Shown in pieces: positions 43,555 through 53,767 of a stretch of DNA of 64,000 nt. Both the position numbers and the translations under genes were made by a program. Below the pieces are notes generated by a model, which did no database searches, had not been told where the DNA came from, and worked only from the letters and a program-made list of their open reading frames with translations. Numbering within the stretch: position 1 is the stretch's first letter; every line of letters starts with the position of its first letter. The DNA comes from Spirochaetia bacterium (GTDB taxonomy: Bacteria > Spirochaetota > Spirochaetia > SP-2023). The stretch covers positions 960,001-1,024,000 of the forward strand of contig CBDDCK010000005.1 of NCBI GenBank assembly GCA_965225855.1, in the 5' to 3' direction.

Positions 43555-44328
43555 TTAGCGAACAGCTAAAAAACACTGGCAGTATTTGTCAATGTACTGT
43601 TGGTATTGGCTATATTTATATTGCATAATATAGCGTGGATGCTCTAAAGCGATAATTTGGTCAAAAAATTGGAATTCCTGATTGAGTTGTTGTAAAATTT
43701 TAAAATTCTTACTGCTCCCTAGGCAAAAAGCCGTATCTGTGCGAAAGCAATCCCACGATAGCAATTCTTGAATATGCTCTACTATTTTTTTCAGGCATAA
43801 GGACAATAGCTCTTTATTTTCGTAAAAATTGAAATTGATCTTTTTGTTGCCTTTATAGCGAATAAAGCCCAACGGCAGCAAAGATTGTATCAGAAAATCA
43901 TTGTAAAATAATGCCACTCGATCATCTATTTCATTGTTGCTCTTGCTGCGTCCATATACTGCAATCATCTTATAAATAAATTCTGCAGACGGTTCGCGAC
44001 TATCTGGCCCATGCCAAGCGATACCACAATCCTGTGCTAAACGAATGGTATCGGTAAATTGCACGCCAGTAATTCCAGCCCCCAAGCGGCCCGGGTTAAT
44101 ACCAAAAATCAAATGGCGTGCCGAGCAAAAATCAACAAAACTAGAGCCTAAAGAGTCTAAAGCGCAATGATAAAATTTTTGGTAAAATTGACAAAATGAA
44201 GCAAATGTTGCTTGATTTTCCAAGGGATAGAGCAGGCGAACTTGAGTTAAATTTTTTTGCAGAAATTGTTCTATATCGGGCAAGCGATAATTTTGATAAT
44301 ATTGGCAAATTCTACTATCTAAATACAT
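43555..44328 (-). CDS. SMUG2/DUF4918 family uracil-DNA glycosylase-like protein
   Basis: FGINPGRLGAG.TGV.FTD, EPSAEFIY and LEHPRYIMQYK. Confidence 0.85.
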   Translation of the reverse strand: MYLDSRICQYYQNYRLPDIEQFLQKNLTQVRLLYPLENQATFASFCQFYQKFYHCALDSLGSSFVDFCSARHLIFGINPGRLGAGITGVQFTDTIRLAQDCGIAWHGPDSREPSAEFIYKMIAVYGRSKSNNEIDDRVALFYNDFLIQSLLPLGFIRYKGNKKINFNFYENKELLSLCLKKIVEHIQELLSWDCFRTDTAFCLGSSKNFKILQQLNQEFQFFDQIIALEHPRYIMQYKYSQYQQYIDKYCQCFLAVR

Positions 44329-44453
44329 ATTTTATTTTTCCGTCTCCATGATCCTATTTTTCGATTGCTGTATGGTAAAATATCGTTTCAGCTCTGTCCA
44401 TCAACATGCTTTTTATATTTTAGTTACAGATTAGTTACAGAAAGGAAAAGTCT

Positions 44454-47400
44454 ATGATAGATAACAATAACTTTAAGCAATTGTTACAGTATTTAGGATT
44501 TTCTGAAAACAACCATATTTTTAGCAAAAACTTTCCTTCTGGAAACTTTTACCTAAAAGTGGATTTTCAAAAAGAACAAATCATGTATCCCGAAGACCAA
44601 GGTTTCAAAGTACATGAACGGCAGACTTGTAATTTTTCGTCTGATGAGAATTTTGTCGTCTTTGAATGCGTGCATCGGCTTTTGGAAAAAGGCTATAACC
44701 CTAAACATATTGAGCTTGAACCCAAATGGAAACTTGGGCACGGCGCAAGCGGCGGACGGGCAGATATTTTAGTAAAAGACCAAGAAGAGAAGTCATTATT
44801 GATTATTGAGTGCAAAACAGCAGGCGATGAATTTAAAAAAGAAAAGCAAAAAATGCTTAGCAACGGTGGGCAATTATTTTCTTATTTTCAACAAGAAAGA
44901 AGTACAGAATATCTTTGTTTATATACCAGTGATTTTATTAATGACACGATAACTTATGAAAATGCGATTGTAAAAACGCAAGATAGACAACAGGATATAC
45001 AGGCTTTTAATGATGGTGATGAAAATATTAAGCTGTATAAAAATGCGCAAAATAACCAAGAGCTTTTTGAGGTTTGGAAAGAAACTTTTAACTGCTATTT
45101 TCACTATAAAGGCATTTTTGAGTACGATGTCAATGCTTATGAAATAGGAATTAGACCCCTAAAAAAAGAAAATTTAAAACCATTCTTAGAAGCAACTGGG
45201 CTATTTAATGCCTTTATGGAAATATTGCGGCACAATAATATTTCGGACAATGCCAATGCCTTTAATCGTATTTTGTCTTTATTGCTGTGTAAAATTGTTG
45301 ACGAGAAAAAAGAGGAAGGTGAAGTTTTAGATTTTCAAGTCAAAGAGGGCGAAGATACGCCAGAAAGAATACAAGACCGTTTGCAAAGACTCTATGCCGA
45401 AGGAATGAAGCAGTATTTAGATGAAGCAATAGTGTATTTTGAAGATGAGGAAATTCAAAATATTATTGAGCACTATAGGGAAACACCTATTGAAAAAATA
45501 GAGGATATGTTTAAGCAAATTAAATACTATACCCAAAATGAATTTGCCTTAAAGGAAGTACATAATAGAGAATTATTTTTACAAAACGCCAGAGTGCTCA
45601 ATGAAATTATTAAAATGCTGCAAAACTACCAATTTCGCTATAGTAAAAAGCAGCAAATGCTGGGTGATTTTTTTGAATTGCTTTTAAATCACGGGATAAA
45701 ACAAAACGAGGGGCAATTTTTTACTCCTGTGCCGATTGTGCGTTTTATGATTTTATCTTTAGGTTTAGACAAGATAGCCAAAAGAAAATTAGCTCAAAAA
45801 CAAAATAGATTCTTACCAAAGATTTTAGATTTTGCTTGTGGTGCCGGGCACTTCCTAACCGAAAGTATAGATGAATTGCAGCATTTTATTGAGCATATGC
45901 AGGACAATGAAATACAAGAAAATGAAAAACAATTGTTGGCCAACATAAAGCAATATAAACAAAGTACACAGTGGGCCAAGGATTATATCTTTGGTATAGA
46001 AAAAGATTATCGCCTTGCCAGGACTTCACAAATTGCTTGTTTTCTCAATGGCGATGGCGATGCCAATATTATTTTTGGCGATGGTTTAGAAAATCATGAG
46101 AGGCTAAACTTAAAAGAAAAATTTGATGTAATTTTGTCGAACCCGCCTTATTCTATAAAATCTTTTAAGAATTATGTAAGCTCTGAAGTAAGCCAAAATT
46201 TTACACTTTTTCAGCAACTGACAGAAAGCTCCAAAGAAATAGAAACCCTTTTTGTAGAACGCACGGCACAGCTCTTAAAAGATGGCGCCAGAGCCGCGAT
46301 TATTTTACCTTCTCCTATTTTGAGTAATGATTCTGAATTACACCAGCAAACAAGAAAAATCATCTTAGAACATTTTAATATTAAAGCCATAGCCAGCTTT
46401 GGCAGCGGTACTTTTGGGGCTACGGGAACCAACACCGTTATTTTATTTTTGGAAAAGCGAAACCCAGATTATGCCACAGATAGGCGTTATATTAGTGAAG
46501 ATTTATTTAGCCAAATAGCACGTGATAGTTATTTAGATAGGGAAAGATTACTAGAACTATTTATTGATTACCGCAATTTAGATATAGAGGATTATAAAAC
46601 TTTGATGGGTCGTAATCCTAATGAAAACATTAAAAAGCAAACTTTTTATCAAGATTATCAAACTTGGTTTGATAATTTAACAGAGATTAAGAAGCTAAAA
46701 CAACAAAAAACATTTACAAATCTCAAGCCAAATGAGCAAAAACAAGAATTAGAAAAAAGATTTTACGATAAGATTTTGGCAAAAGAACAGGAAAAATTTT
46801 ACTACTTTATGCTTACGCTCAAAGATGATTTGAGAATTAAAGCCACTAATGGCGAAGCCTATAAACAGCAAAAAACCATTATTATACAATCGCAATTGGC
46901 AGGAAAACAAAATGCCAAAGATTTCTTGGGTTATGAATTTTCTACTCGAAAAGGCAATGAAGGGATTAAGATTAACCGCAACGCCCAAGGCCAAGCCATC
47001 AATAAAATGTATGATGACAATGACCATACCAATAGCCAAAAGGCCAATAGTTATATTCTAAAACATTTTGAAAATAAGCAGTTTGCAGCGATAGATGAGT
47101 CTTTACAAGACCACCTAAAAGTAGCCACACTTACCCATATGCTGGACTTTGAAAAAGCAGTTTTTAGCAACACCTTGAGCCTAAACCCGAAAAGCAATAG
47201 CGAAGAACCGCAAAATACTGAAATAAAAAGCCAATGGGAGTTGGTTAGGTTAGAAAAACTCTTATTAAATATTAATGGCAATATTACAAAAATAGAGAAA
47301 AAAGAAATTTTAGAACAAGGTGATATACCCGTTATAACACAAGAAAAGATTTTTATATCTGGATACTCTAATCATGACAAAGTTATTGATGATTTACCAT

Positions 47401-48311
47401 TAATTCTTTTTGGGGATCATACTTGTACTTTTAAATATATAGACTTTCCTTTTGTTCGTGGCGCAGATGGCACACAGCTATTAAAAATAGATGATAAGAA
47501 ATTATTGCCTAAATGTTTTTATTATATGTGTTTCTTATTGGAAATTCCAAACAAAGATAAATATGAAAGACATTTTAAATATTTAAAAGAAATCAAAATC
47601 CCCCTGCCACCACCAGAAATACAAACAAAGATTGTAAGCGAATGCGAAGCCATAGACCAAGAGAGCCAAAGCGCACAACAAACGATTACACAGGCCAAAG
47701 CGGAAATTGAAAGTAAGGTAAAGGCCGTAATTGATGCGGGACATGCAGAAAAGAAATTGGGGGAAATTGCAGAAATAACAAGAGGAGCTTCCCCCCGACC
47801 TATAAGGAATTATTTAACAGAAAATGAATCAGGTATAAATTGGATAAGGATAGGTGACGTATCTGTTTCTTCCAAATATATAACTGCAACACAGCAAAAA
47901 ATTACAATTGAAGGTGCGAAGAAATCGAAAATAGTTAAGAAAGGCGATTTTATTTTATCTAATTCCATGAGTTATGGCAGACCATATATTTTAGATATTG
48001 ATGGCTGTGTTCATGATGGTTGGTTAATTCTTTCTGATGTGAACTTAGCAATCAATAAAGATTATTTGTATAACATTTTGTCTAGCCAATTAGTACAAGA
48101 ACAATTTTCAGGATTAGTTACCGGTGTAACTGTTGATAATTTAAATGTATCAAGAGTACGATCTGTTACAATCCCCGTTCCGCCTTTGGAAGAACAAAAC
48201 CAGCTAATTAGAGAAGTGGAATTGCTGGAAGATAAAATTTCCCGTGCCCAACAAACCATAGAACAAGCACCAAAGCAAAAGCAAATGGTTTTAACAAAAC
48301 ATCTACAATAA
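44454..48311 (+). CDS. Fused restriction-modification-specificity enzyme (type IIG-like, N6-adenine MTase, two TRDs)
   Basis: N-terminal RADILV..IIECK nuclease motif; GQFFTP, DFACGAGHFL and NPPY; C-terminal HsdS-like repeats IPLPPPEIQ and IPVPPLEEQ. Confidence 0.92.
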   Translation: MIDNNNFKQLLQYLGFSENNHIFSKNFPSGNFYLKVDFQKEQIMYPEDQGFKVHERQTCNFSSDENFVVFECVHRLLEKGYNPKHIELEPKWKLGHGASGGRADILVKDQEEKSLLIIECKTAGDEFKKEKQKMLSNGGQLFSYFQQERSTEYLCLYTSDFINDTITYENAIVKTQDRQQDIQAFNDGDENIKLYKNAQNNQELFEVWKETFNCYFHYKGIFEYDVNAYEIGIRPLKKENLKPFLEATGLFNAFMEILRHNNISDNANAFNRILSLLLCKIVDEKKEEGEVLDFQVKEGEDTPERIQDRLQRLYAEGMKQYLDEAIVYFEDEEIQNIIEHYRETPIEKIEDMFKQIKYYTQNEFALKEVHNRELFLQNARVLNEIIKMLQNYQFRYSKKQQMLGDFFELLLNHGIKQNEGQFFTPVPIVRFMILSLGLDKIAKRKLAQKQNRFLPKILDFACGAGHFLTESIDELQHFIEHMQDNEIQENEKQLLANIKQYKQSTQWAKDYIFGIEKDYRLARTSQIACFLNGDGDANIIFGDGLENHERLNLKEKFDVILSNPPYSIKSFKNYVSSEVSQNFTLFQQLTESSKEIETLFVERTAQLLKDGARAAIILPSPILSNDSELHQQTRKIILEHFNIKAIASFGSGTFGATGTNTVILFLEKRNPDYATDRRYISEDLFSQIARDSYLDRERLLELFIDYRNLDIEDYKTLMGRNPNENIKKQTFYQDYQTWFDNLTEIKKLKQQKTFTNLKPNEQKQELEKRFYDKILAKEQEKFYYFMLTLKDDLRIKATNGEAYKQQKTIIIQSQLAGKQNAKDFLGYEFSTRKGNEGIKINRNAQGQAINKMYDDNDHTNSQKANSYILKHFENKQFAAIDESLQDHLKVATLTHMLDFEKAVFSNTLSLNPKSNSEEPQNTEIKSQWELVRLEKLLLNINGNITKIEKKEILEQGDIPVITQEKIFISGYSNHDKVIDDLPLILFGDHTCTFKYIDFPFVRGADGTQLLKIDDKKLLPKCFYYMCFLLEIPNKDKYERHFKYLKEIKIPLPPPEIQTKIVSECEAIDQESQSAQQTITQAKAEIESKVKAVIDAGHAEKKLGEIAEITRGASPRPIRNYLTENESGINWIRIGDVSVSSKYITATQQKITIEGAKKSKIVKKGDFILSNSMSYGRPYILDIDGCVHDGWLILSDVNLAINKDYLYNILSSQLVQEQFSGLVTGVTVDNLNVSRVRSVTIPVPPLEEQNQLIREVELLEDKISRAQQTIEQAPKQKQMVLTKHLQ

Positions 48312-48647
48312 AGGTGGTGGCTGGTAAACTTTTGGTTTGTTTCGGTTGCTTCAGTGGGCTTTTCCAAGCAAAAATATAAGCAAGGCCTAAGAAAGCTCTG
48401 GGCAGAATTTCAACGAAAAAAACCAAGATACAAAAATGCCTCGCTGATAGGCCAAACCGCTTAGACCGAATGCCCAATATTGCTTGCCGTATTTAGTCGC
48501 GGCTCTTCCCGTATTTAGCCGAAGCTCTTCCCGTATTTAGCCGAAGCTCTTCCCGTATATGTCCCGAGCGCAGACCGCAAATAACTTTGGCAATATATTG
48601 TTTGTTTTGTAGGGTGATGGTTTTCGCAAAGTATCTACAAAAGCAGT
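48246..48647. repeat. Inter-cassette repeat element, copy A (RM 3' end, trailer, 3 x 22-bp units at 48487-48552)
   Basis: Near-identical to 50902-51326 and to 53780-53845 plus 54173-54555. Confidence 0.93.
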
Positions 48648-48930
48648 CCCCGCTCCAAATCTGTAAATAAAAGAGTCTTTATGGTTAGAGTATTTGCGTC
48701 TGTATTTTCCATATATACCACAAAATAAAAGAATAAATAGCGTTTATAAAATTCATGATTAAGCCAATGCCGCTGGAATAATGGGTATTGTAATTTATTT
48801 ATCCGTTGACAAAATTAGATAAAGTTATTATTTTCCTTTGCACAGGCCTCCTTAGTAACGCTAGCTTATTTTGGTTAGTATTCTCAAGGGGCGTTTTTTG
48901 AGAAAATAAATATTCTATTCAAAGGTTTTA

Positions 48931-50316
48931 ATGAAAATAAAATTTGAAAACTTAGGCCCAATTCAGTCGGTAGAGCTGGACACATCAAAAAAATTAAACG
49001 TAATCATCGGGGAAAATGGCGTAGGAAAAACCTACCTTTCTATTGCTACCTATTCTTTATTGTTGGGTCGTTTGGGGCCATTTTATACATTTATCAATCG
49101 TGATATTATTAAAAAAACATTAAAGCATAGCCAGAAAGAAGGCAAAGACACATTAGAACTAGACTATGACTTACTGTTGCAAAACATAGAACAATACAAT
49201 CAAGCACAGAAAAATAACTATCAAAAACATATACCAAACTTTGTAAATTACACATTTGCTAATGGTTATAATGATAATATCTTCAAAGATTTAGCAATTG
49301 AAATAACTATTGATATTCAAGATTCTATATATCAAGATTTGATAGATTATATTAAGACTCAAGCAGAAAATATCCCAGAAATTACTATAGATAATCGATT
49401 TACCACATTTTATAAACCCCAAAAAATAGAGTTTACAGCAGAAAATATTGATTGGAATGAATGTATAGAAGAAGCTAATAGTATTTTATGTGAAAATATT
49501 CTGCCTAATGATATTCAAAAAGTACTATTTCTATCTGCGGAAAGGGCAGCAATAAACTTATTTAGTAAAGAACTTGCTATCAAAAGAAACAATCTATTAG
49601 ATGAACTTTTAGAATCTAGCAGGAAAAATAATAGCAATAGTACATTGCAAGAATTACTAAACAAAGGCAAGAGATATGTTGTGCCCATTAGAGAACAGTT
49701 AGAATATGCCAATGATATTGCCAACATATCCAAAGATTTAGGTGTTTTTGCAGAGCTAGCTAATGAAATAGAACAAGAAATTTTGCATGGAACATTAACC
49801 ATTAATCAGTATGAGCAAATCATATTTAGCCCAAATAATGCTAAATCAAAGCAAACACCATTAGATATAGCAGCCAGTTCGGTGCAAGTATTAGCAGGCT
49901 TTGTTCTGTTGCTACGCCACATTGCAAAAAAAGGAATCACTGTATTTATTGATGAACCTGAACTAAATTTACACCCTAATACGCAAGTTAAATTGGCTAG
50001 AATCCTAGTAAGAATGGTCAATGTGGGCATAAAATTAGTAATTAGTACCCATAGTGATTATATTATTCGGGAACTGAATAATTGCATTATTGCCAATGAA
50101 ATCAAAGACCAAGAAGAATATGCTGCTTATCATTTAGATAAAAATGATATTGAAATTACAAGATTGTATAAAAAGTCCGCTTCCGCTGAATATGTTACTG
50201 CGGAAAAAGTAGCAATAGAAAGCGATGGTTTTACAGCAGAAACCATAGATACAACCATTGAAGAACAAAATGATTTAAGTATAAAACTATTAAAAAAATT
50301 ATATGATGAGGAATAA
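48931..50316 (+). CDS. ABC-type ATPase (AAA_15/AAA_21-like), putative defence ATPase
   Basis: ENLGPI, Walker A GENGVGKT, AER, Walker B IDEPELNLHP..Q and STHSDY. Confidence 0.9.
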   Translation: MKIKFENLGPIQSVELDTSKKLNVIIGENGVGKTYLSIATYSLLLGRLGPFYTFINRDIIKKTLKHSQKEGKDTLELDYDLLLQNIEQYNQAQKNNYQKHIPNFVNYTFANGYNDNIFKDLAIEITIDIQDSIYQDLIDYIKTQAENIPEITIDNRFTTFYKPQKIEFTAENIDWNECIEEANSILCENILPNDIQKVLFLSAERAAINLFSKELAIKRNNLLDELLESSRKNNSNSTLQELLNKGKRYVVPIREQLEYANDIANISKDLGVFAELANEIEQEILHGTLTINQYEQIIFSPNNAKSKQTPLDIAASSVQVLAGFVLLLRHIAKKGITVFIDEPELNLHPNTQVKLARILVRMVNVGIKLVISTHSDYIIRELNNCIIANEIKDQEEYAAYHLDKNDIEITRLYKKSASAEYVTAEKVAIESDGFTAETIDTTIEEQNDLSIKLLKKLYDEE

Positions 50317-50322
50317 TAAATT

Positions 50323-50847
50323 GTGAGTTTAAACAATTTTTTTCATGAAAAATGCAAAGAGCCAATAAGAAGTGGTGAAGTTATTTTAAAAGAACAAGAT
50401 AGAAAGGGAAAAATAGTAACCAAACAAAGAATAAAAATAAATAATATAGCTAATACAATTATCTTGAAATTAGATTGTGAACCAGTGAATTATTTCTTTA
50501 ACGAAAAGCAAAAAATGTGTGATTATGCGATTTTAGTCTATAATGAAAGCAATAAAACATTAAAAGCAATATGTATAGAGTTAAAAAGTTTCGCTTTAGG
50601 GGACGCTAATATTCAATTAAATATGGGTAATAGATTATTAGAATACTTAATTGATATTTATAAAATTGATAAAAATAGTATAAATTATAATGTCACTTTT
50701 AAGGAAATAGTATTTATAGCCAAAATAAAATCAGGCAATAAACTTACCCGTAAAAATGCTAATAGTATTGGTAAGAGTAAATATGAAATCCTCTACTATA
50801 CAAATAATGATAATAGCTATAATTTATCGAAGTTAATTGTGATATAG
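50323..50847 (+). CDS. Small basic protein with a PD-(D/E)xK-like motif, partner of the ATPase
   Basis: KMCDYAIL..ICIELKS..A..QL; GAGG RBS lies inside the ATPase 3' end. Confidence 0.7.
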   Translation: MSLNNFFHEKCKEPIRSGEVILKEQDRKGKIVTKQRIKINNIANTIILKLDCEPVNYFFNEKQKMCDYAILVYNESNKTLKAICIELKSFALGDANIQLNMGNRLLEYLIDIYKIDKNSINYNVTFKEIVFIAKIKSGNKLTRKNANSIGKSKYEILYYTNNDNSYNLSKLIVI

Positions 50848-50874
50848 CCCACAATATAATGCCGGTTAAAAATT

Positions 50875-52003
50875 GATATGCTATTTTAACAATCCCGCAA
50901 AGCCCAACAAACCATAGAACAAGCGCCAGAGCAAAAGCAAATGGTCTTAGAAAAACATCTATAAAAAAAGCAGTGGTTGGTAAACTTTTGGTTTGTTTCG
51001 GTTGCTTCAGTGGGCTTTCCCCAGTAAGAACATCAGCAAAGCCTAAGAAAGCTCTGGGCAGAATTTCAACGACAAAAAACCAAGGTACAAAAATGCCTCG
51101 CTGATAGGCCAAACCGCTTAGACCGAATGCCCAATATTGCTTGCCGTATTTAGTCGAAGCTCTTCCCGTATTTAGCCGAAGCTCTTCCCGTATTTAGCCA
51201 AAGCTCTTCCCGTATTTAGTCGAAGCTCTTCCCGTATATGTCTCGAGCGCAGACCGCAAATAACTTTGGCAATATATTGTTTGTTTTGTAGGGTGATGGT
51301 TTTCGCAAAATATCTACAAAAGCAGTGGTTGGTAAACTTTTGGTTAGGGTCGGTTGCTTCAGTGGGCTTTCCCAAGTAATAGAATAACCAAGGCCTAAGA
51401 AAGCTCTGGGCAGAACTTTTTAGGGCTTTGGTTATTTTAACAGCAATAACTAACTTAGAAATATATTAAGTCCTATTATTGTTTAGCAAATAAAATATCA
51501 TAATAGTTTATTAAATATATAAACAAAACGATAATAAAATCAATATAACAAAAAAGGAAACTTAAATGATTAAAACAATAACATTAAAACAAAGTACAGG
51601 GCTTTACCAAACTAAGACACAGTTTCCCAAAGAAACAAAACAGTTTCCCGAAGAAACAAAGTTTTCTCAAGTCAATTTAATTTTTGGCTGGAACTATTCC
51701 GGCAAGACGACATTGGCCAGAATATTTCAAGATATTGCCGATGGCAAAATAGAGACACAAGAAGATTTATCTAATTATCAAGCTAAAATTAAAGTCTTTA
51801 ATGCAGACTATGTCGCTAAAAATATTAAACCAGAACAACTAAATGGCTTTGTTACTATTGGAGAAACAAACATTGAGCTAGAACAAAAAATAGCGCAATT
51901 AAACCAAGATTTAGGCACACAACCTGATGAAGCAAACCAAGGCAGCGGGCTATATTGGCAACAGTCTGAAGTACAAAATCAAATAAAGTTGGTAGAACAA
52001 CAA
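50875..52003. repeat. Direct-repeat block copy B (MTase tail, repeat element with 4 x 22-bp units at 51144-51231, 5' part of the RloC-like gene)
   Basis: Colinear with 53753-55235. Confidence 0.92.
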
Positions 52004-52018
52004 GATATAAAGGAGTAA
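51566..52018 (+). pseudogene. 5' fragment of an RloC-like ATPase (truncated duplicate of 54795-57080)
   Basis: Near-identical N-terminal ~145 aa including GWNYSGKTT, ending abruptly. Confidence 0.9.
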
Positions 52019-52020
52019 AA

Positions 52021-52260
52021 GTGGTTCAGCCAGATTTTTGGAATATAGATATAGAAAAGAAGTTTTTTACAGAGGCAATGAAAAACTTTGCTTCTTCGGA
52101 ACAATTATTTTACCGTTTGAAAGATGGATACTTTGCTTATGTCCCTAAAGAAAAGAGCACTGAAGGCCAAACTTTGCAAAGCAGAAACACCTTAATTGGG
52201 CAGTTTACCGAAAAATGGTGCAAAGATTTTTTCAAGCCAAATAGCATAAGGAAGCGATAA
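52021..52260 (+). pseudogene. Probable N-terminal fragment of a type II restriction endonuclease
   Basis: FW..E..FF..EQLFY..YFAY.PK..TLQSRN.LIGQFTEKW resembles, from recall only, endonucleases encoded next to N4/N6 MTases. Only 79 aa. Confidence 0.45.
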
Positions 52261-52266
52261 ATAAAA

Positions 52267-52449
52267 ATGGAAAATAAAAAATATGAAGTACAAATTTATT
52301 ATACAGGTTTCTGTAATTACCAAGTTTCTGCTAAAGATGAATCAGAAGCGATAATTAAAGCAAGGAATCTAAAAGTTAAGAAAAAAGAGTTTTTAACGAC
52401 ATTAGAAAGTTGGGAAGAAGCTGACACGGCTATAGGAATACCAGAATAA
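52267..52449 (+). CDS. Small hypothetical protein
   Basis: 60-aa ORF with a Y.V.AKDESEAI.KA pattern; operon-like spacing. Confidence 0.55.
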   Translation: MENKKYEVQIYYTGFCNYQVSAKDESEAIIKARNLKVKKKEFLTTLESWEEADTAIGIPE

Positions 52450-53279
52450 AAAAAGAAGAATCTAAATTACCGTTAAATTATATCACTATTAGAACTACCA
52501 AAAGCCGAATTAATAAAGGTTTACTGGCGGTTCCTGTGTCTTTAATTGAACTCTTTCCTAAAAATATAAATAAGATATTTCTAGTAGATGAATACGGAAA
52601 AATTGAGTCTAAAACATTTACGCCTTATAACAGTAAAAGCCGAGAATGTAGAATTGGCGGTTTAAGAAAGTTTTATGAGAGCTACAATGTAGTAGATGGG
52701 GACGAGTTAGTTATTCAATTACTTGATGATGAAAAATTTAGAATAATGCCTGAAAAATTATTTCAGAGTATATTGAAAGATAAACTCGTTCATTTTGAAA
52801 ATTCAAATAATGAAGCTGAAATAGAAAAGAATCTATGCCAAATTTCAAACATCACGAACCTATCTAAAATTGAATTTTTGAAAAATGATTTTATTCTTCT
52901 TTCAAAAGAAAAAATCGGAGGGCGCAATAATATAGAGAAAAATAAAATTCTGGTAAAAGAAAATGTACCCTATTATATTAGGAAAATTCTACTTGAATTG
53001 TATTCAGGAAAATGCCAAATTACTGGATTTACATTCTTGACTAGAAAAAATATACCATATTTCGAGTTACATCATATTGCCCCTCAAAAAGGAAATCACT
53101 TAAAAAATTTACTTGTAGTTAGCCCAAATATTCATGCACAATTTACTCACGCAAATATAGAACAGTATTTTGATGATGATGGATGGCTTAGAAAGGTTAA
53201 GTTTAACAACAATGAATTTAAGGTTTTTCAGATAATTGATGAATTACAAAAGAGTTTTAAAAAGGAAATTCATTTTTGA
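52446..53279 (+). CDS. HNH endonuclease with an N-terminal B3/EcoRII-N-like domain; start codon appears to be ATA
   Basis: C-terminal YSGKCQI..PYFELHHI..GNH.KNLLVVSPNIHAQF. The frame is open upstream of GTG 52536 to 52425, with AGGA preceding ATA 52446. Confidence 0.75.
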   Translation: MKKEESKLPLNYITIRTTKSRINKGLLAVPVSLIELFPKNINKIFLVDEYGKIESKTFTPYNSKSRECRIGGLRKFYESYNVVDGDELVIQLLDDEKFRIMPEKLFQSILKDKLVHFENSNNEAEIEKNLCQISNITNLSKIEFLKNDFILLSKEKIGGRNNIEKNKILVKENVPYYIRKILLELYSGKCQITGFTFLTRKNIPYFELHHIAPQKGNHLKNLLVVSPNIHAQFTHANIEQYFDDDGWLRKVKFNNNEFKVFQIIDELQKSFKKEIHF

Positions 53280-53302
53280 TTTTCGTCTAATATATTAACC
53301 TA

Positions 53303-53767
53303 TTGTATATAATTATTTGGAATAAAGCAGCCAGTGCCAGCCCGTCTACTGCTTGGGGAAGTTGGCAATCGGCTTCTAACCCAACTTTAAGAGATGTTCA
53401 CGAATATATTTTGATTTTTTCAAAAGGAGACTATAAAAGAAGCAGAAACAAAGAGGAGAAAGAAATAAAGTTAGATACTATTGCCAAAGAAGATTTTATA
53501 GAGTGGACAAAATCTATTTGGACTTTTCGGGCAGAGTCAGCCAAAAAAATTGGACACCCTGCGCCATTTCCGATTGACTTACCGTATAGATTGATTCAAT
53601 TATATTCATTTGAGACAGATATTATTTTAGACCCTTTTATGGGCAGTGGCACAACGGCAATTGCCGCATTGAAAAGTAATAGAAGTTTTGTCGGTTTTGA
53701 AATAAATTCTGAATATGTGGCTCTGGCAAATCATCGCATTGATTCTTTAGCAGATATGCTATTTTAA
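53303..53767 (+). pseudogene. C-terminal half of a beta-class N4/N6 DNA methyltransferase
   Basis: IIWNK, HEYIL, HPAPFP, ILDPFMGSGTT and GFEI are present; the N-terminal (S/D)PPY catalytic region is missing. Confidence 0.85.

Noticed and set aside
51172..51375. 67-aa minus-strand ORF repeated at 54401-54604 (and ORFs at 48208-48477 and 50759-51112)
   Set aside because: They arise from the repeated element and end in a non-triplet VNTR; conservation reflects DNA duplication. A small peptide cannot be fully excluded.
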